Origin: Guillardia theta CCMP2712 | Lineage: Eukaryota > Protista > Cryptophyta | Direction of reading: 5' to 3' | Assembly (NCBI RefSeq): GCF_000315625.1 | Contig: NW_005434643.1 | Location: forward strand, 363,174-422,446 | Length of the DNA stretch: 59,273 nt | Shown here: piece by piece, positions 41,701-54,604 of the stretch | Layout of the letters: each line of letters starts with the position of its first letter | Numbering within the stretch: the first letter of the stretch is position 1 | Position numbers and translations under genes: made by a program | Notes under the pieces: generated by a model | Databases searched by the model: none | What the model saw: the letters and a program-made list of their open reading frames with translations, nothing else | Told to the model about the DNA's origin: nothing

Positions 41701-41772
41701 GCTTTGAGACTTGCGGTGGAGGACGTTAAGTCGGGAGGGCTGCTTGAAGAGCACAAGCAGCTTTGAGCTCAT
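38771..41772 (-). CDS. TIR-like + SAM-like + 6TM + RelA/SpoT-type (Rel/Spo nucleotidyltransferase) synthetase-domain protein; exons 41772(or further 5')-39355, 39303-39248, 39201-39138, 39011-38910, 38851-38771
   Basis: Four GT-AG introns splice in frame to give KVKSCERAIQK...DLVRC...IKNR...GGYRDL...HICEVQ...HKQY*, which are synthetase motifs Syn1-5 in the correct order. The N-terminal HFFIFRW...FADEL...YLD...MFVPVV...VLPIL is a TIR_2-like pattern. Six hydrophobic helices lie at ~39925-40480. Confidence 0.8.
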
Positions 41773-42100
41773 TCGAAATCCGCAAGATCCTTGATCAGGG
41801 TATACCCGAACTATCGTGGAACAGTAGCTGTGTCGAGGTCCAGATCCGTCACGTTCCAATTCCTTTCAACATGTGAACATGATAGACACGCCACACATGA
41901 GAGGCATTCTCGGGACGCGGAGATGAACGAGACCGGTAAGGGGTGCAGGGATAAGCAGAAACAAGGAAAGCGCTTGCGGGGAAAGGGAGGTATGCGACTG
42001 GCAGGAAAGGGCGGAAAAGCAGAATAGAGCTACGAGCTGAGGGAGGAGAGGAGGGTGAGGAGGGAGAAGTGGGGGAGGAGACAGAAAGCAGAGAGAAAGC

Positions 42101-42134
<34 letters not shown>

Positions 42135-42559
42135 AGAGAAGGACTGTGTATGTGCGTGTTGGGGATGCTGAACGAAGGTTGTCTTGAGACAGAAGTGATT
42201 TCCGGAATGTTCGATTTCTCACCTCTTGATTTCAAATTATCACCTCTCATCATTCGAAAATCTTCCACTGATGGTCTTTTAGTCAACAGCGATCAATGGT
42301 CATTCTTGCCGGAGTTGCTTTTTTTTTTTTTTAATGCTTTGTAGGTTTTCGTGAGTTGTTCAAGATTTGAAATGCGTTGTTTTTATTCCAAAATAAAGAA
42401 CTAAATATAGTACCCCCGGTGAAATTATTCGGACTAGGCTAGGGGAGTTTTCATATCATCCGCACTTCACCATAACGCGGATAATATTAACAAGAAAATG
42501 TTTAGAGGTAAGTTGTTTGTTGCCCTCAAAAATAAAAAAAAACCAGAAAATCGCTTCAT

Positions 42560-43105
42560 CCAAAGTGGGGTAGGAGCACGGGCATTTAGCAGGGTAGGGT
42601 ACTGTATTCCATTTTAGAAATCGCAGGGGTTAAAATGGCCTATCGATGACGGGTGGGTGGACCTGCCAAGTGCAAAGCTGTCAGAATATCACAACGGCTC
42701 GCTGGAGATCGAAATCTTGAAACTTAAAAACAGAACGGTTCGTGTTTATTTTGATTGATTACACCACCCCACCCGTAGTTGCTCTGGCTAGATACTACCC
42801 CAACATTTATACCCACCAACAAACACCATGTACCCTTGAAACCCCTTGCAAGTACCCCCTTACATAAGAATTCAAAACACTACCCCCACCCTCAATCTTT
42901 TGCTCATCCTCTCACATCACTTGTGCCTACCCGGCCTCCGAGCAACAAATTACCACCCCATATCTACCGACAACCCCCCTAGACTAAGTGTAACATACGG
43001 GTAGTCCTCTACAACCTGGTGTACCTTTTTGTAGGTACCTACACTACCCCTACTCCTTATCCTACCCCTACCCCCTTCGTATGAAGAGCGCAACCCACTC
43101 CCCTA
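42560..43105. promoter_or_regulatory. Putative bidirectional promoter: GGGGTA-rich left half, TACCCC-rich right half
   Basis: G-rich words at 42565-42660 switch to C-rich words at 42760-43105 between a minus-strand gene and a plus-strand gene. Confidence 0.45.
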
Positions 43106-43943
43106 CATAGCAGGACATAGGCTAGGTGGCCTGAGATAGGTGATCCGAAGTCCTAGGTTGGATATGACTCGGGTCTATCCGAGTCTCGGAACGAGTTGTT
43201 TTAATCCTATGGCGAAAGCGAACAGAAGCGAAAGGGAGGAGATGAGAGGGCGGGAAAGGGAGGATGTAGGAGGCACACATGGGGTCTATAGGGAGATATA
43301 CGAGGATGCCAGATAGGATAATTGAAAGAGGGAGAGGAGACGAGTGATCGAGCGGAGGAGAAGAATAGTCCGTGGGGTTCAAATGCAATAAGCAAGAGAG
43401 AAGTTAGGGAGAGGGATAGAGGGCAAGAGCTCTCGTGATGTGCACAACGAAAGGAGGGATAGCGAATCGGATGAAGCATTCAGCCCAAGAATGCCAGGGG
43501 AAGGAAAAGTTTGGCGTGCAGGAGCAGGCAAAGTGCTCCGCACAAAGTGATACAAATACAAAGGATTCTTGCGGAAAGTCCTAAAAACATCACGGAGAGT
43601 GCAGAAAACTGGTGCTCTAGGTAGAAAGAAGAAACATAGTTGGCAGGGATTTCTGGTTTAAATTTAGTCTGTTGACCATGGGGAAAATGGCCTGACCATT
43701 TCATAGGCTCAAGAAGATCGGGACTGTTTTGTGAGCTAGAAAAGCAAATGCCATGATTTGATGAGCGCCTGTTGATTCATGACAGCCGAACATTGAAAAG
43801 CATTGGATCAATTGGGACGTTGACATCTTGTCGTAACTTGTTGTATGGACAGAGAATAGTGTAGGAAGAAGCGTGAAGAAAACATCAGCACAAGAAATTT
43901 GGTTGGAAGTCTTCTGGGTTGTGACGAACATCGAAGGAAGGAA

Positions 43944-44501
43944 ATGACTCTTGTATCCCCTTCATCGACGCTTCCAGATGAATGGCAGGAGCGGTCGACA
44001 TCGAGGATCTCACTCAAACGGAACAAACCTCCGACTCTCACCTGCTACATACCTCTTGTCAAGGTCGATGACCCGCTGGTGGGGAGCTCGGAGACTGGCG
44101 ACAATGGCAAAGAGCAGGAAGAATGGCCGGTGTTTCATCGGAACAGCATAGGAAGGAGCGAGAGCAGCTCGTCGTCAACGAGCTCCAGGACCAACACTGT
44201 GTCCTACTTTGCCAGGTGGGATGAAGACAGAGGGCCGGGGTCGTTCAACCGGATCACAGGAGTCCTTGAGAACGGAAGGGTCTTGATAGAAGGTCACGAG
44301 TACGAGAGCCTGAAGGACTTCGTGGATGACATCCGCAATGGTCAGCTCGCCTTCAGCCATGGCGGCCATGGCGAAGGGGAAGAGGGGCCAAGTTCTCTTG
44401 CCTGCACTCCCTCCCATGGCCATGGCGTCCCTCCAACCCCGAAGCGCATGACGAGCTATGCTGAGGCGCATGCGAACAAGTTCTCCCTCGTCTTCTCGTG
44501 A
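43944..44501 (+). CDS. Hypothetical protein with a short RAMA-like beta-rich segment
   Basis: ATG ORF of 185 aa. ITGVLENGRVLIEGHEYESLKDFV resembles the RAMA pattern 'G.I...G..y.S'; the domain call is weak. Confidence 0.55.
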   Translation: MTLVSPSSTLPDEWQERSTSRISLKRNKPPTLTCYIPLVKVDDPLVGSSETGDNGKEQEEWPVFHRNSIGRSESSSSSTSSRTNTVSYFARWDEDRGPGSFNRITGVLENGRVLIEGHEYESLKDFVDDIRNGQLAFSHGGHGEGEEGPSSLACTPSHGHGVPPTPKRMTSYAEAHANKFSLVFS

Positions 44502-44630
44502 GCGGGGGTGTGAATAGTGTGCAAACTGAATCTACATGAACATCTGGTACATAGAAAGACTGTGTGATGATCTGTACAGTAAAGACTTCAATCCAAGACA
44601 AGCATGCGATCGCTGCCAGAGGTTTCTAGA

Positions 44631-45129
44631 TTACATCCCGTCATCAACGGCCTTGTTCCTCACTTCCCAGTGACATGGTCCCCGAGCTCTAGCGGTGAGG
44701 CCTCCTCCACTAGCTCGGCTTGTTGCTGCGGTTTCATGAGTCTGGCTAAAAGCAAGCAGACGGAGAAAGAGGGGACAGAGGGGACAGTACCTTAAGCCAT
44801 AGGGCAAGATCGTTCTCCGAGTGAACTCGCGACCCATTTCTCTTTCCGCCAGCTCGCTTCACAGCTATACAAACATGAGCGTCCTCCGCTTCCTCTCCCT
44901 GAGACCCTGCCCCATCCTCCCTCTTCCTGCTCTTCTTCTCTCCCTGCACTCTCCTCTCCTTCTTCATCACACACGTACCTGTAGGATGGAGCGATGGAAG
45001 GGGAGCGAGCACGTCAAGGGACTCCGCACTCTCCTTGCCAGGCAATTCAAACTTCCTCCTCTCGGCGTCTGCCTCGAACTCCGCCTAGAGGAGGAGGATG
45101 CACGTCAGAAGCGTTTCTCCCTCTCTTTC

Positions 45130-45196
<67 letters not shown>

Positions 45197-48100
45197 ACTC
45201 AATCTCACCTGCTGCGCAACAACTTCCTTAAGGATCGCTTGCGCCTCTGACTCGAAGGCCTCCAGTACTGTGCAGTTGCAAGAGCTCTTGGAGCCCTGGG
45301 GAAGAAAGGAGAAAGGGGGTGGGGTGAGGGACAGGAAGAGGAAGGAAGGGAGGAAGACAAAAAGGGGAGGGAGAGAAAGGGAAACGCAAGGAGGATGCGA
45401 CAAAGAGCAGCGAGGAGGAGACCAGTATGGTAAGACCGGGCAGCGGGATGAAAGCACTCAGCAGGAGGAGATGCTGTGAGGAAGCACTGCTGGAGGAAGA
45501 GAAAGGGACGAGTCACACACCTGCGACGAGGTTCGCACCCTGACAGCTCCGACTGAGGAAAGGCTCTCTTCATCCTCGCTGCCCTGGCTCTGCAAAGAGC
45601 CGCAGAGCTCCTTCCTCTTGTCGTCCAGCCTCAAGCAGATCTTCTGGAACGCTTCTCGCAGTTCCTTGAGCCGCTGCTGCTCCCGCGCCACGTGCTCGGC
45701 TCCTTTGGGAGTGAAGCAGTTCTGTGAAGGAATGGTGAGGACGAAGAGCTTGCGGAGGTAAGCAGATGGAGGGAACGCACGCAGGCTTGTAGGAAGGCAT
45801 GATACGAAAGATGACAGGAGGTGGAGGAGGAAGGAAAGGCATGGAGGGAGAGCATCGGGGGAGGGCATGGAGGGAGTAGAGGGAGGGAGGAGTTTGAGGA
45901 ATAGAGGGAGGGGAAGGAGGGAGATTGTTCGATACATCGATGTTGTCCTTCTCTGCTACTGAGTCGCAGATCAAGTTCGCCACCAGCCGCATGTCCCACT
46001 TGCATTCGAAGCAGAGCTCCGTCGCCTTGGCCGTCATGGCACGGAAGGCAGGGTCCGCCATCTCCTTGCCGATATGCTGGTAGAGAAGCTTGTTTTTCTG
46101 ATCATAACATGTGAGGAAGAGACAACGAGGGCTCTTGTTGTGTGTGATGATTGCACAAGTAGGTAATTCAGCGAAGGAGGAAGTGGAGAGGAGGAACAGG
46201 AACAAGGCTGGGAAGCATCGGGTGTGAAGATCATCGTATGATGGAAGGGGATGGCTGATAGGCTAGAAGAACACAAAGAATGACGGTGAACAACATGCAC
46301 ATCTCATGTTTGTATCATGACTTTCTCGTATGTCTGTTCGTCACCTCCATGAGTTTGTTGAGTTGGTCTGACACCGTCTTGGGCACCTCCGACATGGCCT
46401 GTTCCCCAACGTTAGTCTCGACCAGCCCTGAGCTCTCAAGCTCCCACCTCCCTCCCTGTCGCCAGCTTGCAGAACTTGACGTCTTTGAGCTGAAGCTGAC
46501 TGTCAACAATCTCTCCTCGCCGACACCCGTGACCTCACCTTCGCTGCTCCTGCTCCTCCTGCTCCCCCCTCGCTCGGCTTTGTCGAACTCTCACTTAATG
46601 TCGACCGGTTGTCAAGATCCAGGGAAGGAGGCATGAAGTCATCGTGCTGAGTACCAGGAGACGAAGCCTCCGAGAAGAACTTGAGTGGGAGCGTCAGGCA
46701 CCAGCAACGAGGAGAAAGACACAAGGATGACGATGAGAGGGGAGGAGGACGACGAAGACTCTTGTCGGGTTACAGTAACAAGACAACAGGGAGGATGTAG
46801 GAGCGCCAGCGGAAGAGGAGGAGGAAGATGCAGTTGAGCAGCAGGAAAAATAGGAACAAGAGCACTCGACAGAAAATCTTCAAGTCAACAGCAGAACAGT
46901 GTTCATCCAGCAGAGGAGAAAGGGGACGTTTGAGCAGGCAGAAAAGCAAGAAAGAAACAACAAGTCAAACAAAGGCATCACGTCACCTTGTTGACAGGCG
47001 GGTGGAGCTCAGGGGAGGACAAGACAGTCCAGACTGGAGCGACGTACTGGAAGTCAGAGAAGACATCGTTGGCCTTGGGGACTGCAAAGGGGACAGCAGT
47101 CACTGCCATCATCATCGCTTCCTCCTCGTCATTGTTCTTTCGTACCAGTCTTGATCTCTGCGTCAGCGCTGATGTGCGAGAAATCGACCTGCAAAATAGG
47201 GTTTGAGAAAGACATGCTGATGGAATGAAAGCGAGAATGGCAGGAAAGAAAAAGGATGGGAGGGAGGGAGGGAGGGAGGGAAGGAAAAGAAACCATTCAT
47301 GCAGCGAGCAAACGCGTTACACAGAGTGGCCTCCCCCCCCCTCCCCCCCCGCCTTTGTTGTCAATAAGCTTCAATTCCTTCCTCTCATCCCACACATCAC
47401 GGTCACCGTGAAATTTGGCGAAAAATTCTTCACGTCTGTGATGTCTCGAACTCTTGGCTTGAAGGGTGGCTCCTCCTTCTCAATCGTCACTTCCACTTCC
47501 CAATGAATGTTATTCTCAACATCCACTCCCTCTCCGTCCCTAGTCCTCAGTGTTTCCCTCCTCCTGCTCCAAATCTCTTCTGCTTTCTTGTACTCTGCTC
47601 CCTGCATCATCATCCTTCATCCTCTCCACTTCTCTTCCCGCCCCTCCCTCTCTTCCTGCTCTTCCACTCTCCTGTCTCCTTCTGACCGTCTCACCTCCAT
47701 GGCGAGCAGTTTGTGCCATCGGACTGGCTCTAGCCAGGAAACATTCTTCCATTTCTTCTCGATGCTTGTTGCGTCGTAACCCTGCTCACCGAGTATCACC
47801 CCCCCGAAGGCTCCTGCCCTTTTCTCTGTCTCCTCATCATAAACTCGCCCTCCCAACCACCCTCGCTCCCACCCTCTCACCCACCCTCCCTCCCACCCCT
47901 TCTCTTTCTCTACTCCCTTCCTCTCTCTCTCCGCCCCCACCCCCCTCCCCCTCCTCCTAGTCTTGCCCAGCTCTTCCATTTCTTGTCTATCTCACCACTT
48001 GTTCATCCGTCACGTCTTCCCGCCCAAGTCTCTTGGAGCTGTCAACGTTCAACTGCACAGCACAAAGTCAGCTCTCCTCCTTCCTCTCCGTCCTACTCCT

Positions 48101-50313
48101 CTCCGTCCTACTCCTCCTCTCCTCCCATCCTCCCATCCTCCCATCCTCTTTGTCCTAGCTTCCAATCCTCCACCATCACTCCCATTCCTGCTCCTCACCA
48201 GCCCTCGAACCATCCGTCGCGCCTCGCTGGAGATGTTGGAAGGAAACTCGATTGGCTGAGTCAGCAGCGCCTCATACGCCTTCTTTGTGTTCTCCTGGTA
48301 GAAGGGCGGAAGACCCACGAGCATCTCGTAGATAAGGATCCCAAGCGACCACCAGTCTGCCTCCTTGCCATGCCCCTGCTTCAGCAGAATCTCCGGCGCC
48401 ATGTAGTAGGGAGAGCCAACCTGTGAATGGCTGGTAAGATCGGAGGGATCAGGGAGAGAGGAGGGAGGAGGGAGGAGGGAGGGGTTTCAGGGAAAGAAGA
48501 AGAAGAAGAAGAGAGGAGGGAGAGAGGAGGGAGGGAGGAAGCGGGTGAGAGGAAGAAAGGAGGAAAAGAAGAGTAGGAAGAAAGTGAGACGACAGAAAGA
48601 GCGACGAGAGAGGCAAGGTCTGAGCAACAGGGGAAGATGCCAGGGGAGAGGAGGAGATATCAGAGAAGGCTCTCGTCTTACCATACTGAACGCACGATCA
48701 TCGTCGCTCTGGTCGTCTTTGCTGTGTCCGAAGTCGGTGAGGCGGATGTGGCCCTTCTCGTCGAGCAGAATGTTCTCAGGTTTCAGGTCCCTATAGATGA
48801 TATTCATCTTGTGTAGATACTCCAGCGCCAAGATAATCTCAGCTGCGTAGAAGCGAGCTCGCGGTTCGGAGAAGTGTTTTTCCCTTGTAATGTAAGAGAA
48901 GAGCTCACCCCCGTTGATGAAGTCCATCACAAAACAGAGCCGGTTGGCAGTCTGGAACGCATAATGCAGCTGGACAATAAAGGGGTGGTTGACGACTTCC
49001 AGTATCCTCCTCTCGGCTTTTGTGGACTCAACGAGCCACCGCTTGTAGACTGACTTGTCGATGTTGATGATGCCCCGAAGATGCTCTCTGTCCTGAAGCT
49101 CCTTCTCAAACTCTGCCCGAGTCTGCTCCTTCTTCTTTAGCGTGTCTTTCCGGATGATCTTCATGGCGTATATCTTGCCAGTATCAAGCTTCTTTACCTT
49201 TGAACGCATCATTCGACAGAGAGAAAAATACTAGTCCGCAACCTGCAGGACTTTCCCATATGCTCCCTTCCCAACAATGTTGAGGAGTTCAAAATCGGAT
49301 ATACAGACTCCCTCCCTCCCTACTCCCAGAAATCCTTCGATCTTCTTGACCCATTCAAGCAGCTGCAATCCAAGTCACTTTGTGTTGAGCTCACTCACAG
49401 GAGGAAGAGAAGAGGAGGACGGAAAGAGCAATCGAATGAGTCCACAAGCATAGATGACACAGCAAGCAGGTCAGGCATCTATACAGCGGGATACAGGCAT
49501 TCGCATCAGAAGGACTCGAGTCACTGAGTCTCACTGATGATCGGTTGGGAGCTTCGAGGAAATATTCCCTCCGATGAGGGTGAAAGATGCCTGACATCAG
49601 CAAGTCAACAGAGGCTCATGTCGTAAGAGCGTGAGGGAAACCGATCGTGTTAAGTTTCTTGGTGTGCTGCAAACAAACAATCACACGAGAAACGACAACA
49701 AAACAGGCAAGACCTGTTCCGCCGTAGCTAGGGAGCAACCGGCAAGATCGATGACACCTTTGGGCCTGACATCATTGATCGCGTTATATGGTTTTCACAA
49801 AAGTATGGGTTCAACTTCTTCTGTGAAAGGAAATCCTTCTCGTCCGCCCAGTACATGATCTTCCCTTCGTAAAGAACAAAATACCTCTGCTAGCATGTCA
49901 TCATCACAAGACCTCTAATCACAGCATTCCTGCTGCCAGCGCTTGACAAGCCTGCGAACCACAAGTCACGAGAGGACGGCAACAGCACTTCTGAAAGACC
50001 TGCTCTTCCCTTGCTTCGCGAGGTAACCCCTTCGGCGCAGTCAGCAACAACGGACGACAGAGAAAGATGTCACACTTTTGCAGTGGAGTCTTGCCATGTG
50101 GAAAATCCTCTTCCTGCGATCTCTTGGACCCTGGAGACGACAGATGCATCGCTGAGATCTACGTTTGCCACGTCAACCGCACGCGGGCCATCCCTTGAGG
50201 AGGAACGCACCTTGGGTGAAGACGAAATCCAACGGCTGTGTGCCTACTAACATGTCACGATTGCTGACACAGTGACGATACATCTGTACATGGCTGCCGT
50301 CCATCGAGTCATG
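44631..50313 (-). CDS. PH domain + AGC Ser/Thr kinase (Akt/PKB-like) with an AGC C-tail and a long C-terminal extension; both ends approximate
   Basis: PH domain: KGYLAKQGKSR...RYFVLYEGKIMYW...KGVIDLAGC...YFLEA...WVKKI. Kinase: GKGAYGKV, YAMK, YRDLKPEN, DFG, GSPYYMAPE, DWWSLG. C-tail: PPFKP and FSDFQY. Confidence 0.9.
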
Positions 50314-52227
50314 GCTCCTCCTCTGTCAGCGAAGGGCACCGTGAGTTTGTGACTAACAAAGGGGAGCGGGAGGTAATCTAGCCTTACCTCAACCCCTCCG
50401 TCATGGTTTGGGCTGCTATGGAAGCCAAACCCCCATCCTGTGCATCTGTCAGCTGCAACCTCAATAACACAAGGGTGCGATCTATTGCCTGCATGGAAAT
50501 CCATCTCCTGGAAATGGATTCACTTGACCAATGATGCTTTCCCGAATGATTCTTGCGTTTGCTGAACAATGTACTCTGTTTGAAAATGAGGCATCGACAA
50601 GCAGGGCATGAAAGTGTTTTCTATGGGTATGACCCTGTCTCCAACTTCCTTTGTTTGCACACATCCGCAATGACTATGCTTTCGCATCTCTCCACTTTCA
50701 TTCTACCTCGCAGCACCCATTCCCCTTTTTGTGGATACGTCCTTCACTGCAATTCTGTTTGATATCCAATTTCTAGCTCTAGTTCATCTACAATGTCCAT
50801 ATGGAAATACTGGATGCATTCTCCACTACCCCCAGTCTGCCCAACCTTGATGCCCTGCATGTGAGCGTAATCGTTCTGCCTTTGCATCCTTCTTACTCGT
50901 GTCCTAGATGGCAGGCGTTTCTTACACCACATGAAGAAATCCCTCCTATGATTCAGCTCGCATCTGATTTCCCTCCTTGCATTCTAGTCCATTCATCTTC
51001 CCCTGCTTCTTCCCTGCTGACTCGCTCGCTGTCTCACGAAGTACCACAATGCCTCCACCCCCCCCCCCCCCCTTCCCCCCAGCTCACTCTCATTCCGCCT
51101 CTACCTACTTTCTCTGCCAACATATCCTTCGCAATTTTGACTCTACTCCCTCCCTCCCTCCTCTCCTCCCTCCTCCTCCTCTCCTGCTTCATTCGCCTTT
51201 GTAGTTTTCGCCATGAGGCCAACCATCTCGAAATGTCCCCCACATCCCCTAAAGTTCCGTCCACCCCCATTATAGCCACCACCCCCCAAATCCCCCGCAA
51301 AACTCGTGGAAATACCACCACTACCCCCCTTTAGTTGATGACAAGTATTGAGCCGACTTCTTCGACAGGCTTCATCTTCTTTTGGGTCTTGGTTATCAAA
51401 TAGTTTATTAAAGTTTAAAATATCATGATAATTTTTCGCTGTGATGGAAAATCTTCGAGGAGCAAACACGACAAACTCGCGGGGTCCTGACTCCCTTGGG
51501 CTGACGGACAGCAAGTTGCAAGGAGCCTCATCCCCAGTACCACAATAATATTACTCAACTCCATTATCTCGTACTGCGGCCTCTGTCGATTTGGTACAAA
51601 ATCAGGTGTACTGATTATTTTACTTAGTAACAATAACGGTTCAAGTAACGGTTGACGAGTCCTGTACCCGGGCCCGGTCGTCACGGGCAGCAAGTCCGGG
51701 GAGTACAGGCAACTCAAATGTCCGCTTATATCTGCGGGAGGGGGTGGTGTGTAAAGGAAAAACAGGGGTGAAAGTAGGTGGGGGTAGTCCGCTGGAATCC
51801 CGCTTTGAAGTGGGGCGGATACGAGTCCCTGCCAAGATCTTTCAACGGAAGTGTTTCACTAATGTTTCAAATTTGAGATGAAAATATGAAATTATCTTTG
51901 CAATTTGGAATTATACACTGAACTTGAAGAATGGATGACCCTCCTGCGCAACGAAGGTCGGAACTCACTTCTAAAGAGCGTGAGATATTAGATCTCGGGC
52001 GATCAACCACAACAACAAGCAATCGTCGGCCTTGGTTGTAACACTCCTCAACACTCACAAGTTGATCCTAGACAGAACAAGAAAAAGTTCCAAGTTGTTG
52101 AAATCTTCATCAACAGATTGATTCAAACAGAACTGTGCAGATTGACTGTCTTTGCACCAAGCAGCCGCAGCATCCACAAGTTGCCCTCACACATAAGATA
52201 GCTAAGGGATCATAATCTGCAAACTGC

Positions 52228-52990
52228 ATGACTGGTCTCCTTCAATTCAGTCTTTTCATCTCCCTCTTTTGCTCGGCCTTTTCTTTCAGTGTCAGTCCCT
52301 CCACACTGAACTCGCCACGGTTGGAAGCCTCTGCTGTAAAGAGCATGTTCTGCGAGAAAGTTGCCTCCAGGCATGGATCATCGCGGGCAAGCGGAGTATG
52401 CGTGCAGCACATGAAACCCGAACGACTCAAGGAGGAGGTTGCTGGTTTCGTGACCAGTGGTGAGATGAACATAGAGGACCTGCTGAGGGAAACCGACTCC
52501 GACCTCAAGATCTCAGAAACCGACCTGAAGAAGCTCAGGTTCGTAGGACTGTCCTTTGCCCGTGCGATGAAGCGTGGTCACTTGCTGGCTTGCAGGGCGC
52601 TGCGACTGCAGAGAGAGGCACAGGATGCGATCAACGAAGCCAAGGCTGCCAGGCACAGAGCCGACATTATGAAGCAGAAACTTCCCAAGGAAGATAGGCC
52701 CTTCTCGAACGGTGATAACCCTGCATCTTCTTACAGTGCCCACATGAGCGTGTTAATGGCATGCATCAATCGTGTGTTACATCTCTGATTCTCCTCCATT
52801 TTCGCTCCTCTAAGTGCGTCTTGCGGAACAGGACTCAGCGATCGGTTGAGCCCCTTGTCAATGCAGATGCACCAACAATCCTTCGAATACTTGTCAAAGT
52901 GCCCCATCAGAGAACTTCGGGTTCGTTCGTTTTGTACCCTCAAAACTTCTTGACAGCAGCTTCTGGTTCAGGCGGCTCTAGAAGAGACAA
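52228..52990 (+). CDS. Putative plastid-targeted coiled-coil hypothetical protein; multi-exon, 3' end uncertain
   Basis: MTGLLQFSLFISLFCSA|FSFSV reads as a signal peptide plus Phe, followed by a Ser-rich transit-like region and the heptad stretch LRLQREAQDAINEAKAA. Confidence 0.6.
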
Positions 52991-53243
52991 GATGTGTCTT
53001 GTTTCAAAAGATAGCTTCTATAGAGCCCCGCGACTTGCTGGTAAGTTTACAATCATTCTTCCTCCGATCTTATGCGCACATGGCAGATTTTGGCAATTGT
53101 ATTCTATCTTATTTCTGTACTCCAGCTTCAATGAACATAATCATTTTCATCACCAAAACCTGGCTAAACAGTTGTGTGTCATATGGAGTCAGTTTTGATC
53201 TCGAGAACACCTGACCTATTAGAATTTACTATGACAGTTTATT

Positions 53244-53941
53244 TCAGGAACTAGTAGGCAATGGTTTAAAGCGCTTAAAGGAATTTCTTCTTTCCATCAC
53301 AACCGAGCTTGAATCGTCGCATTGCATGTACCATGATATCCATTGGCTGTCGACCATCTCGGTGTCAGAAATCGGTTGAGTGATTTGAATGTCATCAAAG
53401 TCGTCACTGTTGTCTTCCGCATCATCTCCATCCACAGTCCCCTCATCTGTATGCATGCTTTCGCTCCTCATGAAGCAGCTCAGGTCCGAAGAGGAAGCGC
53501 TGGATGTGGCACTAAAGTCGTGAAGTCCGTTCCTTGATGTTTGACTAGTTTCGTGGAAAGAAGACTCCTCTGTTGGATCAATTTTTCGATCCGTTGGCTG
53601 TTCTATATCGGGCCGGCCTTGCGACGGCTCTCCTTTCCCTCCTCCAGTACTTGGTGTCCCGCTGCTCTTGTTTCCCTTGCAGTATGGCCATCGGGTTATT
53701 CCGAGCCGCCTGCATGTGAACTTCAAGCAAGACAAGGAGATTTCCTGTCAGAATTGTGTCAGTATTTCCCACACTGCAATGCAAAACGAGTTCGTACCAG
53801 CTGGTTTGCAGCGTCCTCTTGGCGCAGGTGGAAGAGACCAGAGACAGTCTCATAGTCCAGTGTTATCGTCTTGAGTTTCTGTAGCAGGCCTTGTCGTGTT
53901 CTAGTCGTCACAGTAACGGTTCTTCTCTCTTGCGACATCAT
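53244..53941 (-). CDS. RWP-RK transcription factor, paralog A; intron 53745-53797
   Basis: Spliced sequence: LDYETVSGLFHLRQEDAANQL|EISLSCLKFTCRRLGITRWPY. Confidence 0.9.
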
Positions 53942-54604
53942 CAAGAGTCCAACAGGGGATAAGATCACAAATGCTTCGAAGACAACACCTTGCAACGATG
54001 CTGACAGACAAGACGGAATCTGGTTTACAAGGGATGGGATGACCGCAGGTGTAAGGCAGGGAAGGGGTTGGGTTCTCGGAGGGAGGGAGGGGGGCTAAGG
54101 AGTTGGTGCAAAGGGGCCCGGGAGGAGGGGTGGGGTCTTGGCAGGTGCATTCAGGGGTTGCTCTTTTGGTTCCCGTGGAATGGTTCGCATCAAGGACTGC
54201 TGGCACGTCAACAACCCCTTTATAACTGATGAAACGTTGCGGTATAAGAGAGTGGCATGATTCCTGTCACGATCCTGGCATGCAAAGAACCATTCAGGGC
54301 GTGACTCGGAGGTCCGAGGGAGGTGCATGCCGACGGATCATACATTCCTCGTGACTTGTTGTATCCGCAGATTGAAATACCCCTAGTTCCAACGGAGCAG
54401 ACCCCCTCATTTGAAAGGTCCTTTTGAAAGAGTCAACCAATGCGTTTTTCGATGTTGCATGAACCGACCTGTTCCTGATCCTTCGGAGTAAACTTCCTCG
54501 TGAGTGACTGTCAGCATGGTCAGCAACTTCTTTATCCGTAACGGCCCCGCCGCCCCCTTCGTAAAATCAAGAACTGCAAGGAGTGTCTCCACCGCACGCT
54601 AAAC

